Source of the DNA: an uncultured Verrucomicrobiae bacterium
GTDB lineage: Bacteria; Verrucomicrobiota; Verrucomicrobiia; Limisphaerales; Palsa-1400
Length of the DNA stretch: 64,000 nucleotides
Direction: 5' to 3'
Assembly: GCA_963764165.1 (NCBI GenBank)
Contig: CAVXRD010000002.1
Span: 832,001-896,000, forward strand
Shown here: piece by piece, positions 49,260 to 59,004 of the stretch
Layout: each line of letters opens with the position of its first letter
Position numbering within the stretch: position 1 is the stretch's first letter
Translations under genes and position numbers: made by a program
Notes under the pieces: generated by a model
Told to the model about the DNA's origin: nothing
What the model saw: only the letters and a program-made list of their open reading frames with translations
Database searches by the model: none

Positions 49260-49402
49260 GGCTCACTTCAAATTCAGGTTGCAAAGCGGCGTAACTCTGT
49301 CAACTTGCAGAGCGCTGGCATGCAACCCTGCGTGAGCAGCAGAGCCTTCCCCCAAGCTGGCGCTTTTTCGGCAACCATGGAATTCCCCCAAATTCACGAG
49401 AA

Positions 49403-50722
49403 GTGTTTATGCGAACATCGACATTTGAATTGAGAGCGTTCTTGGTGATCTTGTCACTTGCCCCGTCAGCCATGCATGGCGCGGGCGCCTGGCTTAGCAT
49501 GGGGTCGGGCTTGAATGGCCACGTGAGCGCCCTTGCCGTGTCGGGAGACATCCTGTATGTGGGCGGGTCGTTTACGACGGCGGGTGGCAACGCAGCCAAT
49601 CATATCGCGCAATGGAATGGGACCAATTGGGCGCCGCTGGGATCCGGTGTGAGCGGGGGCAGCTTTGGCACGCATGTGGACGCGATTGCGATCTCGGGAG
49701 GCACCCTTTATGCAGGCGGCTCATTTACGACCGCGGGCGGCAATGCGGCCAATTACATTGCGCAATGGAACGGAACCAATTGGTTGCCGCTGGCGTCCGG
49801 CATGAGTGACCGCGTGGAGGCGATCGCGGTTTCGGGCCAGACGCTCTACGCCGGAGGAGTGTTCCATTCGGCGGGCGGCAAAGTGGCTTACTACATTGCG
49901 CAATGGAACGGCAGCACATGGTTTCCGCTGGGCTCGGGCTCCGATTTGAACAACGAAGTCAACGCGCTGGGGGCGTCAGACAGCACGCTTTATGTCGGCG
50001 GCTATTTCACGATGGCAGGCACGAACGCGCCCGGCAGCATCGTGCAATGGGATGGGACGTCATGGCTGGCCCTCGGCTCGGGAGTAAATGGCTCCGTCAG
50101 CGCGCTGGCGATGGCGGGCAGCACTCTTTACGCAGCGGGAGATTTCACGACTGCGGGCGGCAATCCGGCCAATTGCATCGCGCAATGGAACGGCAACAGT
50201 TGGGCAGCTCTGGGATCGGGTGTCAACGGTCCAGTGAGCGCGCTGGCGGTATCCGGCAACACAGTCTACGCGGGTGGCTCATTCACCAATGCCGGCGGGA
50301 ATGCTGCCAATTACATAGCGAAATGGGACGGAACCAATTGGTCGCCGTTGGGGGCGGGCATGGGTGGTGGCTCTTCCACTGAGGTGAATGCGCTGGCGGT
50401 TTCGGGAGGAACCCTTTTTGCGGGCGGCAATTTCCTGACCGCAGGGACAAACGCGGCCGACTACGCGGCTGAATTCGATATCACGGCCTCCCCTCTTGCC
50501 ATCATTGCCACGAACATCGCATTCGGGTTTAGCAACGGGTTTTTTGGTTTTAATGTCTCCGGGCCTCCCGGTTCCAACGTCGTCATTCAGGCGTCCACAG
50601 ATTTGAATCTGGCGAACTGGGTCGCGCTGCAAACCAACCTGCTGGATGGAAACGGGCTGGCCTATTTTTCGGATTCCAACTCCGCCACTCCACAAAAATA
50701 CTACCGCGCCGTGATGCCGTGA
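49403..50722 (+). CDS. Secreted beta-propeller repeat protein
   Basis: About seven VxALAVSGxxLYAGGxFTTAGGxxANxIAQWNGxxW repeats; signal peptide. Confidence 0.85.
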   Translation: MFMRTSTFELRAFLVILSLAPSAMHGAGAWLSMGSGLNGHVSALAVSGDILYVGGSFTTAGGNAANHIAQWNGTNWAPLGSGVSGGSFGTHVDAIAISGGTLYAGGSFTTAGGNAANYIAQWNGTNWLPLASGMSDRVEAIAVSGQTLYAGGVFHSAGGKVAYYIAQWNGSTWFPLGSGSDLNNEVNALGASDSTLYVGGYFTMAGTNAPGSIVQWDGTSWLALGSGVNGSVSALAMAGSTLYAAGDFTTAGGNPANCIAQWNGNSWAALGSGVNGPVSALAVSGNTVYAGGSFTNAGGNAANYIAKWDGTNWSPLGAGMGGGSSTEVNALAVSGGTLFAGGNFLTAGTNAADYAAEFDITASPLAIIATNIAFGFSNGFFGFNVSGPPGSNVVIQASTDLNLANWVALQTNLLDGNGLAYFSDSNSATPQKYYRAVMP

Positions 50723-50859
50723 CCGCACTGCGATGACGGGCCAGCAAGGTTTCGGAATCCGCTGCAAGAACCGGAAGGAGTTCTCCTCACGAGCCACACC
50801 GCTCGTTTTGCATTGCCAAACCGGGCCCGGCCATTAGACAGTTTGAAGAAGAGAATAAA

Positions 50860-52305
50860 ATGACGACGAGCCCCAAAAACCAATTCCTTTCGATGATGAT
50901 TTTAATGGCCGCGCCAGCCATGCTATCGCTGGCCGCCAGTGCGGAGATCGAGACATGGCCGCAGTTTCACGGGGCCAACGGCTCCGGCGTCGCAAGCGCC
51001 GCGAAGCCTCCGGTGAACTTTGGGCCGACTAATGGCGTGCTTTGGGGCGTGGATGTCCCGTGGTCTCCCTCCTCACCTTGCGTTTGGGACAACAAGATTT
51101 TTCTCACGACATTTAATAATGGCGAGCTTGAAACCCGCTGCCACGACGCTAAAGACGGCAAGCTTCTTTGGGCTCACGGAGTAAAACCCGCCGCCATCGA
51201 AGACTACCACAATACAGACGGCAGTCCTGCCGCTTCAACACCCGCTTGCGACGGACAGCACGTCGTGAGTTATTTTGGTTCGTTCGGCGTCATTTGCCAC
51301 GACACCAACGGCAAGGAACTTTGGCGCCATCCGCTTCCGGTGGCGCTGAGCGCCGGCCAATACGGCACGGGAACCTCGCCGATTATTGCCGATGGCCGCG
51401 CCATCATCAGCCGCGACCAATTTCGGGATTCGTCGATCCTGGCTCTCGACTTGAAAACCGGAGACAAACTTTGGGACGCTCCGCGGCCGGATTCCCGCGG
51501 GAGCTTCGGAACTCCGACATTATGGAACAACAACGGCGTGGATGAAATCGTCCTCGCCTCGGGCGGACACATCAAGGGCTACGATTTGAAAACCGGCGCG
51601 GAACGCTGGGTCATTGACGGCGTGACGGGCTTCGTTTGCACGACGTCCGTGGTTGCCGACGGCATGCTTTACTTCGCGGCGTGGTCCAACGGGACAGTGG
51701 ATTCCCAAATGCCGACATGGGAGGAATTTCGCAAAGCCTTCGACAAAAATGGCGACGGCGTTGTCACGTTCGATGAGATCGATCCCAAACTTCTGCAATA
51801 CATGCGCGGCATGGACGCGAATCGCGACGGCAAATTCACGAAGGAAGATTTCGATTTGATGAAGGCGGGGTCCGCGCATTGTGAAAATTTGGTGGTCGCG
51901 GTAAGGCCCGGCGGCACAGGCAATATCACGGCCTCACACGTCGCCTGGAAATTCACCAAGGGCCTTCCCTATGTCCCCTCTCCAATCTGTTATGATGGCC
52001 GCGTTTATTTCGTCAAAGACGGTGGCATGCTGACATCGCTGAACGCAAAAACGGGCGAACCGTTTTACACGCAAGAACGGCTTCTTGAAGCGGCGGGAGC
52101 CTACTACTCCTCGCCCGTCGCGGCAGACGGCCGCATTTATCTCGCATCGCTGAAAGGCACGCTGACAGTGGTCAAAGCCGGTGGCGAGAAACCGGAAATT
52201 CTGCACCAGGTGGATTTGGGCGACCGCATTCTTGCCACACCCGCTTTGGTCGGAGACAAAATATACGTTCGGACGACTGGAAAGTTGTGGGCTTTCGGGA
52301 AATAA
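50860..52305 (+). CDS. PQQ-like beta-propeller protein with EF-hand insertion
   Basis: WPQFHG..G, repeated G..LW motifs, DKNGDGVVTFDE and DANRDGKFTKED. Confidence 0.85.
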   Translation: MTTSPKNQFLSMMILMAAPAMLSLAASAEIETWPQFHGANGSGVASAAKPPVNFGPTNGVLWGVDVPWSPSSPCVWDNKIFLTTFNNGELETRCHDAKDGKLLWAHGVKPAAIEDYHNTDGSPAASTPACDGQHVVSYFGSFGVICHDTNGKELWRHPLPVALSAGQYGTGTSPIIADGRAIISRDQFRDSSILALDLKTGDKLWDAPRPDSRGSFGTPTLWNNNGVDEIVLASGGHIKGYDLKTGAERWVIDGVTGFVCTTSVVADGMLYFAAWSNGTVDSQMPTWEEFRKAFDKNGDGVVTFDEIDPKLLQYMRGMDANRDGKFTKEDFDLMKAGSAHCENLVVAVRPGGTGNITASHVAWKFTKGLPYVPSPICYDGRVYFVKDGGMLTSLNAKTGEPFYTQERLLEAAGAYYSSPVAADGRIYLASLKGTLTVVKAGGEKPEILHQVDLGDRILATPALVGDKIYVRTTGKLWAFGK

Positions 52306-52327
52306 CCTTTCGAGCCGCCCTTGAGTT

Positions 52328-52975
52328 TTAAGGACGCGCTTGCTTGGCGCCCTGCCTGGTCTGTTCGAGCACGCGATCCAGCTCGGCCTCAGCCTCGGTC
52401 ACTTTGCCCGCTTCAATGAGAGGCTTGAACTTCTCTTCCATCGCCTTGCCGATGGCCGACGGATCGCGCCCGCTGGCGGCCCATTCTTGCATGGCCTCCT
52501 TCACGCGCTGGACTTTTTCCGTGAGACGCTGGCGGGTCGCTTCCACGAACGGCGCGCTGCCGCCTTTCGTGATTTCTTTCAGTTTTGCCTGCTGCTCCGG
52601 CGTCAGGAAATTCTTGGTCCAGGCAAGCAGACCAATATGCAGGTGCTTCAAATCGCGTTCCGCATCGAGGACTTTGTCGAGCTGCGCAGTGAGGGCTGCC
52701 TCGTCCACCCGCTCTTGTCTGGCGAGGGAAGAGAGCGCGGCGGTTTCGCGGGTTAGCCGCTCCGCGAGTTCCTTGGATCGCGGCTGGATCTTCTCAACGT
52801 GGGCGCGAAATTCCTCCCGCTGGTCCTTCGTCAGGCCGATTTGCTCGCCAGCCATCATGACAGCTTCGGGCGGAAAAAAAGCTCCCGCCAGCGGATCGGT
52901 TTCAGCGGCGGGCTTGTCTTCCGCGGCCAGGCGGCAAGCAATGAACAGGACAGCGATAAGGTTTCTAATTTTCAT
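52328..52975 (-). CDS. Periplasmic helical protein (Spy/CpxP/heavy-metal-sensor-like)
   Basis: Signal peptide; IGLTKDQ and LTPEQQAKL motifs. Confidence 0.65.
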   Translation of the reverse strand: MKIRNLIAVLFIACRLAAEDKPAAETDPLAGAFFPPEAVMMAGEQIGLTKDQREEFRAHVEKIQPRSKELAERLTRETAALSSLARQERVDEAALTAQLDKVLDAERDLKHLHIGLLAWTKNFLTPEQQAKLKEITKGGSAPFVEATRQRLTEKVQRVKEAMQEWAASGRDPSAIGKAMEEKFKPLIEAGKVTEAEAELDRVLEQTRQGAKQARP

Positions 52976-53030
52976 GGTGGATGATTCGAGTATGTTTGTT
53001 TTTGAGATTTGTTGCAGGATTGAGCCCTCA

Positions 53031-53489
53031 TCATTGCGGAACTGTCGGAGCTTCGAGCAGCGAGGCCGTCGGTGACATCCACGCTGGAAGCACGGAACTG
53101 GTGTCGAACGCGAGGCGCGCAACCGCGTCCTGGGAGGAAGCAATGGCGGCGGCTACGTCCGGTGTGCCGCGCAGGGGTTTGGTAGCTCTCGGCAGCGCTG
53201 CGAATACGACCAAAGCCGCAATGGCTGCCGCCGCCGCGGCCCAGCGCCGATGGCGCGGCCCTGCCCCGGCACGGGATTCGTGCAGCGAGGTCATCTGGTT
53301 GGATCCGGTTTCCTCAGCGGCGAACGCATCCGCCATGGCGCCCAAAGCCATGTCGAGATTCATGTAATCGAGATACAAGTCGCGCAGATCGGCGTCTTGG
53401 TTGAGGGCATTGAGCAAAGCGCCCGTCTCTTCCACGCTCAACTGTCCGTCAACATACTGCTGAATTCTTTCGTGCCAATGCGATTTCAT
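53031..53489 (-). CDS. Putative anti-sigma factor
   Basis: IQQYVDGQLS..L...L N-terminus plus one TM; overlaps the ECF stop. Confidence 0.65.
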   Translation of the reverse strand: MKSHWHERIQQYVDGQLSVEETGALLNALNQDADLRDLYLDYMNLDMALGAMADAFAAEETGSNQMTSLHESRAGAGPRHRRWAAAAAAIAALVVFAALPRATKPLRGTPDVAAAIASSQDAVARLAFDTSSVLPAWMSPTASLLEAPTVPQ

Positions 53490-54019
53490 TGCAGGCCTTC
53501 CCTCGAGAGTTGACGACGCGCGCACTCCAGCAGCGCCTGCCGAATCCGGTGCAGCGCCTTGTAAAGCGACATCGCTGTCTGGCCGCGCTTGGCCGCAAGT
53601 TCATCCATGCGCGTGCCCTTGGCGTAGGCACAGAGGACAAGTTCGCGCTGCGCCGGCTTTAGCTTTTGCAAACACGCCTCGAGAGCCTCGCGTTGCGCAT
53701 CATGCCGCGGCTCAGCCGCCGCCGCCTCGGCAGCGAGCCGATTGACAAGCGCCTCGTCAAACACATGGCGGTCGCGCGCCAAATCGCGCAGGCATGCCAG
53801 CGCTTCATAACGGGCGACGCCAAAAGCCCACTTCCGAAAGTCCCGCGAACCGTCAAATTCCCCGAACTTCTGCCAAAGCACGACCGCAACATCCTGCATG
53901 ACTGCCGAGGCGTCGCCACGCGAAGGCAGCAGCGAACGAATGTAAGTGCGCAGGGCAGGTTCGTGTTCGGCGAAAAGCCGAAGGAACAGTGTATGATGCT
54001 GGTCGTTCAAGTTGCGCAT
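53486..54019 (-). CDS. ECF sigma-70 factor
   Basis: VMQDVAVVLWQKF..DFRKWAFGVAR; ALEACLQKL; LYKALHRIRQALLEC. Confidence 0.9.
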   Translation of the reverse strand: MRNLNDQHHTLFLRLFAEHEPALRTYIRSLLPSRGDASAVMQDVAVVLWQKFGEFDGSRDFRKWAFGVARYEALACLRDLARDRHVFDEALVNRLAAEAAAAEPRHDAQREALEACLQKLKPAQRELVLCAYAKGTRMDELAAKRGQTAMSLYKALHRIRQALLECARRQLSREGLQ

Positions 54020-54362
54020 AGGGCCGCCATGCCAAGTGTCTCCAAAACAGCGCTCCATTTGCCGAAAAATCTTCAGACAATTTTCGTGAGCATGCCATGT
54101 TCGATCTGATCTGGCATTATTAACCAGACAGAGAATAGCACGTGGGTCCGATTTCGTTCATCCTCCAGTCCGGCGCGATTCTTCATGCTTGTCACTCACG
54201 TTCCACAGGAATAAAAAGTTGAAATCGTGATTAAGTTCCCAGACAGCATTGCGCATGTGCCAGCAGCATCGGGCTCTGTGAATTTCGCGGCCGCGGATTG
54301 CATTGCGGGCCGGGTTGGCTCAATTGCGGCATGGAGTTCCGAGCGCATCCAGTGAGGAAGCA

Positions 54363-55145
54363 ATGAGCATCCCGTATTATCAAGTCGATGCATTCACAAA
54401 CACCCTTTTTTCCGGCAACCCGGCGGGGGTTTGTTTATTGACAGAATGGCTGCCAGACGCCGTCCTACAATCGATTGCCGCAGAAAACAATCTCGCGGAG
54501 ACTGCCTTTGTCGTGCAGAGGGACTCCCACTTCGACCTCCGCTGGTTCGCGCCCACCTTGGAAATGGACTTGTGCGGCCACGCGACGCTCGCTCCCGCTC
54601 ATGTCATCTTTCGGCACCTTGGCTGGCGTGGCTCCCTGGTGCGGTTTCAGACGCCATCCGGCTTGCTGACGGTGACTCGCGAGAATGATCTTCTGTCGCT
54701 TGACTTTCCATCCCGCCCTGCCGCTGACTGTTCCGCGCCGGCAGATCTGATTGAGGGTCTCGGCTGCACGCCAAGCGCCACCGCCAGGGCGCGCGATTAC
54801 ATGGCCGTTTTTGACTCGGAGCAGGCCATCCGCAGTCTTAAGCCTGGCATGACCGCACTCATGCGCCTCGATTGCTTGGGAATTATTGTCACGGCGCCAG
54901 GCGAGCGATGCGACTTCGTCTCGCGCTTTTTTGCCCCGCGCGCCGGTGTTCCCGAGGATCCCGCCACGGGCTCCTCGCACTGCACATTAATTCCATATTG
55001 GGCGCAGCGTCTCGGGCGCCAAACGTTTCACGCGTTGCAACTCTCCAAGCGCGGCGGGGAATTTTATTGTGAGGACCGCGGCGGACGCGTCGGCATCGCT
55101 GGGAGGGCTGTGACCTATTCAACGGGCTTCCTGCATGTGGGGTGA
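54363..55145 (+). CDS. PhzF family isomerase/epimerase
   Basis: QVDAFT..GNPAGV, ENNLAETAF, EMDLCGHATLA, EDPATGSSHC. Confidence 0.92.
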   Translation: MSIPYYQVDAFTNTLFSGNPAGVCLLTEWLPDAVLQSIAAENNLAETAFVVQRDSHFDLRWFAPTLEMDLCGHATLAPAHVIFRHLGWRGSLVRFQTPSGLLTVTRENDLLSLDFPSRPAADCSAPADLIEGLGCTPSATARARDYMAVFDSEQAIRSLKPGMTALMRLDCLGIIVTAPGERCDFVSRFFAPRAGVPEDPATGSSHCTLIPYWAQRLGRQTFHALQLSKRGGEFYCEDRGGRVGIAGRAVTYSTGFLHVG

Positions 55146-55240
55146 GCCGCGTTCAAGTGAGGCGCCCGGCTGATGCCTCAAAAAACGCTGCGCCTTTTTG
55201 GGCTGGTTTTCGCTTTAAGATATAGAATGTTGCACTCTTG

Positions 55241-58200
55241 ATGAAAAGCCAACGCGAGCGCGAAGCGGCGATTTTTAGCGAGGCCCGGCGGCTGTCCCCA
55301 CCATTGCGGGCGGAGCACCTCAGCCGTGCCTGCGCGGGTGATGCCTCTCTTCGAAAACGGGTGGAAGAGTTGCTGCGGCATTTTGAGGCGGCGGAAGGGT
55401 TTATGGACGAACCGGCGATTCTTGCGGCAAGACCCGGCCCGCAACCTGCGGATTCAGCCGCCTCCGAGAAGCCTGGTGGCCGCATCGGGCGATATAAACT
55501 CCTGCAGCAAATTGGCGAAGGCGGCTGCGGAGTCGTCTACATGGCGGAGCAGGAAGAACCGGTCCGCCGCCTGGTCGCGCTCAAAGTCATCAAACTGGGG
55601 ATGGACACCAAACAGGTGATCGCGCGGTTCGAAGCCGAACGCCAGGCGCTGGCGATGATGGATCATCCAAATATCGCCAAAGTTCTGGATGCGGGCGCCA
55701 CGGAGTCCGGGCGGCCATATTTTGTCATGGAGTTGGTGCGCGGCATCAGGATCACCGCGTATTGCGATGAAAAAAGGTTTTCGACGGAGGATCGGCTCCT
55801 CCTGTTTATTCAAGTCTGCCATGCCATTCAACACGCCCATCAAAAAGGCATTATCCACCGCGACATCAAGCCATCAAATGTGCTGGTGACATCGCGGGAC
55901 GAAATTTCGGTGCCCAAGGTGATTGATTTTGGGATAGCCAAGGCCACCACCGACCAACGGCTCACGGACAAAACGCTTTTTACCGCGTTTGAACAATTCA
56001 TGGGGACGCCGGCCTATATGAGCCCCGAGCAGGCGGCGATGAACGAGATGGGAATTGACACGCGCAGCGATATTTATTCGCTCGGCATTCTGCTTTATGA
56101 ACTATTGACTGGCGCCACCCCGTTTGACACCGCCGAACTGATGGCGGGAGGATTGGATGCGCTTCGGCAAACGATTCGATTGAGGGAGCCGGTCCGGCCA
56201 TCCACGCGCTTAAGCACGATGGTCTCCGCCCAGTTGACAAGCCTGGCGGGGCAGCGGCAGACTGACGCTCCCAGATTGATCCATTTGATTCGGGGCGACC
56301 TGGATTGGATTGTGATGAAGGCGCTGGAAAAAGATCGCGCCCGGCGTTATGAGACGGCCAACGGCCTGGCACTGGACGTCCAGCGGTTCTTGGACAACGA
56401 ACCAGTCCTGGCGCGCCCTCCGAGCAATTTTTACCTTCTGCAAAAGCTTGTAAACCGCAACAAGCTCGCCTTTGCAGCCGCCGCCGCGGTGGTCGCGGCG
56501 CTGATGGCCGGTCTGGGACTTTCGACTTATCTGCTCGTGAGGGAAAAGGCGGCCAGCCGGCGGGCCATCAAGGCGGAAACCTCATCCAGGATGGCGGCCG
56601 CGCAGAGCGAGCAGATTGCGAAGTTTCTGGAACGGATGATCGAGGCCGCCGGACCGGAGGCCGCGCTCGGGCGCGATACGCAAATGATGCGGGAAATACT
56701 TGACAAAACGGAGAAGGAAATGGGCACGGAACTCAAAGGGCAGCCGGAAGTGCAAGCGCGGCTGACGATGACCATTGCCGGAGTCTACGATCAATTGAAC
56801 GACTTCTCGAAGACAGAGGCGCTTTGCCGGCACGCCATTGATTTGCGCCGGGGCGCCGTCGGAGATGAAGATGCGACGATCGGGCAGTGGCTCGATCATT
56901 TGGGCTCGGTGCAGATGCAGCGCGGCGATTTTGCCGGCGCGGAGGTGTCGCTTCGCCAGGCATTGGAACTGGAAAGGAAACTTTTCCCGGGCGGCGGGTT
57001 TCCAGTTGCAAACGTTTTGACTGACCTCGGAAGCTTGCAAGCGAAATGGGGCAATCCGGTCGAGGCGGCATCGACACTTCGTGCGGCTCTCGAGCCATTG
57101 AAAACACTCCCTGCCTCCGAAGACAAGTCGGCCTTGGAGGGCCATGTGCTGAATGAGCTGGGGCTGGTGCTTTGGAGGCAGGGCAATCTGGAGGAGGCGG
57201 AAGAGTCATTTCATAGAGCGATCTCTTTGGGGAAGCTCGCAGGAACTCAAAATACTCCTGAATCCCTGACTTCGCTGGGCAACCTTGGTTTATTGCTCTG
57301 GGAACGTGGCAAGCTGGAGGAAGCCGAAGAGGATCAACGCCAGACCCTGGCCATGAAAATCAAAGTCCTTGGAACGGAAACCAACACCCAGATTGCCGGC
57401 ACTCTGCACAATCTGGCGCTGGTTCTTCGGGATGAAGGCAAGCTGGCCGAGGCCGAGGGGTGCTCGCGCCGCGCACTGGTAATTGAAACGCGGCTGGTGG
57501 GAGAGAATCACCCTGACGTGGCGACCGCGCGAAAAGCCCTTGCGACGATCTTGCGTCGGCGCGGCGAGTCCGAGAATAACCCCGGGCTGCTCGAGGAGGC
57601 GCTGGCGCTGAACCCCGCCGATTTCCGAACGGCGGACGCGTTAACCGTCATGTTAGGGCGGAAGGCTGTGGCGTCCTCCGACGCACAACAAACCTCGTGG
57701 CGCTATAGCATTGCCGATCCCGGGCCCGAATGGGCGTCGCCAGAATTTGCCGACCACGCCTGGCTGGTTGATCCGCCCGCGCGGGGAACGCCAAATTGCC
57801 TGCCGCGTTCGGAACATGCGGTGACGCCTACGACCAACATCTGGCTGCGGCGTTCCTTCGACCTGAAAACTCTTCCAGCCAGCCCTGTTGTTTTTTTGGT
57901 GAGCGGCGATCATGACGCTCAGATTTTCATCAACGGCGCCAAGGCGGCCAACGTCGGCTGGTCGGATGCCGGCCAGTATGCGCCGTGCTTTGCGGCAGCC
58001 CAGTCAAAGCTAAGGGTGGGACGCAATGTGCTGGCTATGAAATGCAGCGATGCGGACAACAACGCGCGCATCGCAGCCGATATGATGTCTGATGAGGGCC
58101 AGGCCGATGGCCAGCGCCAAGTGATGGAATTATACGACGGCTGGCTGGCCAAAAACCCCCAGCGCGCCGAACTGCATGTGGGAAGGGCCGATGCATTGGC

Positions 58201-58873
58201 GAGGCGCGGGCGATGGCGCGAAGCGGCGGCCGATGTCAAGGAAGCGCTCAAGCTGGATTCGTCCGACTCGATTCAATGGTTTCGCTTGACACTATTGCTG
58301 GTTGAAACGGAGCCAGACGAAATCTACGCGCAGCAACGAGAATCGGCCTTGGAGCGTTTTTCTGATTCGAGTGATCCGACGGCGGCGGCCCGAATTTCCA
58401 TCGCAGCGCTGCTTAAGCCCGCCAGCGGAGCGGTGCTGGAAAAGGCCGGCAACCTGGCCGATGCCGCGGCAAAAGGGGAATACCGCGATTCCACATTGCC
58501 GCTGCGGCAACTGGCCAAGGCCCTGGCGGATCTTCGCCGCGGACGCTTTGCCGAGTCACAACAATGGGCGCGCAAAGCCATGGCGAATGCGGCGTCTCGC
58601 GCGGTTCCTGCATGGACGTGCGAAAGAGAAGACGATCTCGGCGCGCTGGCTCGTTCCGTTGAAGCCATGGCGCTTTGCAATTCAAACGCATTTGCCGAGG
58701 CCGCCGCGGCTCTCAATGCCGGAGGCGTATCCGAACTTTCCGAGGAAGACCGCAAGCGCTTGGGATCTGATTGGGCCGAGCGAATCATCGGAGATATTTT
58801 GTTCCGCCAGGCAAAGGCGCTTTGCCTGCCCGAAAATTCGGCCCGCCCTTCAGAAAAGCAATCCCTCCGTTAA
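55241..58873 (+). CDS. Hanks-type Ser/Thr kinase with TPRs and an inserted jelly-roll (sugar-binding-like) domain
   Basis: IGEGGCGVVY, VALKVIK, HRDIKPSN, DFG, GTPAYMSPEQ; TPRs; WRYS..W...IWLRRSF..AQIFING segment. Confidence 0.92.
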   Translation: MKSQREREAAIFSEARRLSPPLRAEHLSRACAGDASLRKRVEELLRHFEAAEGFMDEPAILAARPGPQPADSAASEKPGGRIGRYKLLQQIGEGGCGVVYMAEQEEPVRRLVALKVIKLGMDTKQVIARFEAERQALAMMDHPNIAKVLDAGATESGRPYFVMELVRGIRITAYCDEKRFSTEDRLLLFIQVCHAIQHAHQKGIIHRDIKPSNVLVTSRDEISVPKVIDFGIAKATTDQRLTDKTLFTAFEQFMGTPAYMSPEQAAMNEMGIDTRSDIYSLGILLYELLTGATPFDTAELMAGGLDALRQTIRLREPVRPSTRLSTMVSAQLTSLAGQRQTDAPRLIHLIRGDLDWIVMKALEKDRARRYETANGLALDVQRFLDNEPVLARPPSNFYLLQKLVNRNKLAFAAAAAVVAALMAGLGLSTYLLVREKAASRRAIKAETSSRMAAAQSEQIAKFLERMIEAAGPEAALGRDTQMMREILDKTEKEMGTELKGQPEVQARLTMTIAGVYDQLNDFSKTEALCRHAIDLRRGAVGDEDATIGQWLDHLGSVQMQRGDFAGAEVSLRQALELERKLFPGGGFPVANVLTDLGSLQAKWGNPVEAASTLRAALEPLKTLPASEDKSALEGHVLNELGLVLWRQGNLEEAEESFHRAISLGKLAGTQNTPESLTSLGNLGLLLWERGKLEEAEEDQRQTLAMKIKVLGTETNTQIAGTLHNLALVLRDEGKLAEAEGCSRRALVIETRLVGENHPDVATARKALATILRRRGESENNPGLLEEALALNPADFRTADALTVMLGRKAVASSDAQQTSWRYSIADPGPEWASPEFADHAWLVDPPARGTPNCLPRSEHAVTPTTNIWLRRSFDLKTLPASPVVFLVSGDHDAQIFINGAKAANVGWSDAGQYAPCFAAAQSKLRVGRNVLAMKCSDADNNARIAADMMSDEGQADGQRQVMELYDGWLAKNPQRAELHVGRADALARRGRWREAAADVKEALKLDSSDSIQWFRLTLLLVETEPDEIYAQQRESALERFSDSSDPTAAARISIAALLKPASGAVLEKAGNLADAAAKGEYRDSTLPLRQLAKALADLRRGRFAESQQWARKAMANAASRAVPAWTCEREDDLGALARSVEAMALCNSNAFAEAAAALNAGGVSELSEEDRKRLGSDWAERIIGDILFRQAKALCLPENSARPSEKQSLR

Positions 58874-59004
58874 CACCGCAAGCGCCGCGCTGGCGGCCCA
58901 TTGCGCCTTTCCCCCAGAAATCTCGCTTAAGACCAATGACGGGCAAACGAATTTTGTCCGCGTTGTCGCAGCGGGCATGACGCCCGCGTTTGATCCCAAA
59001 TGTT

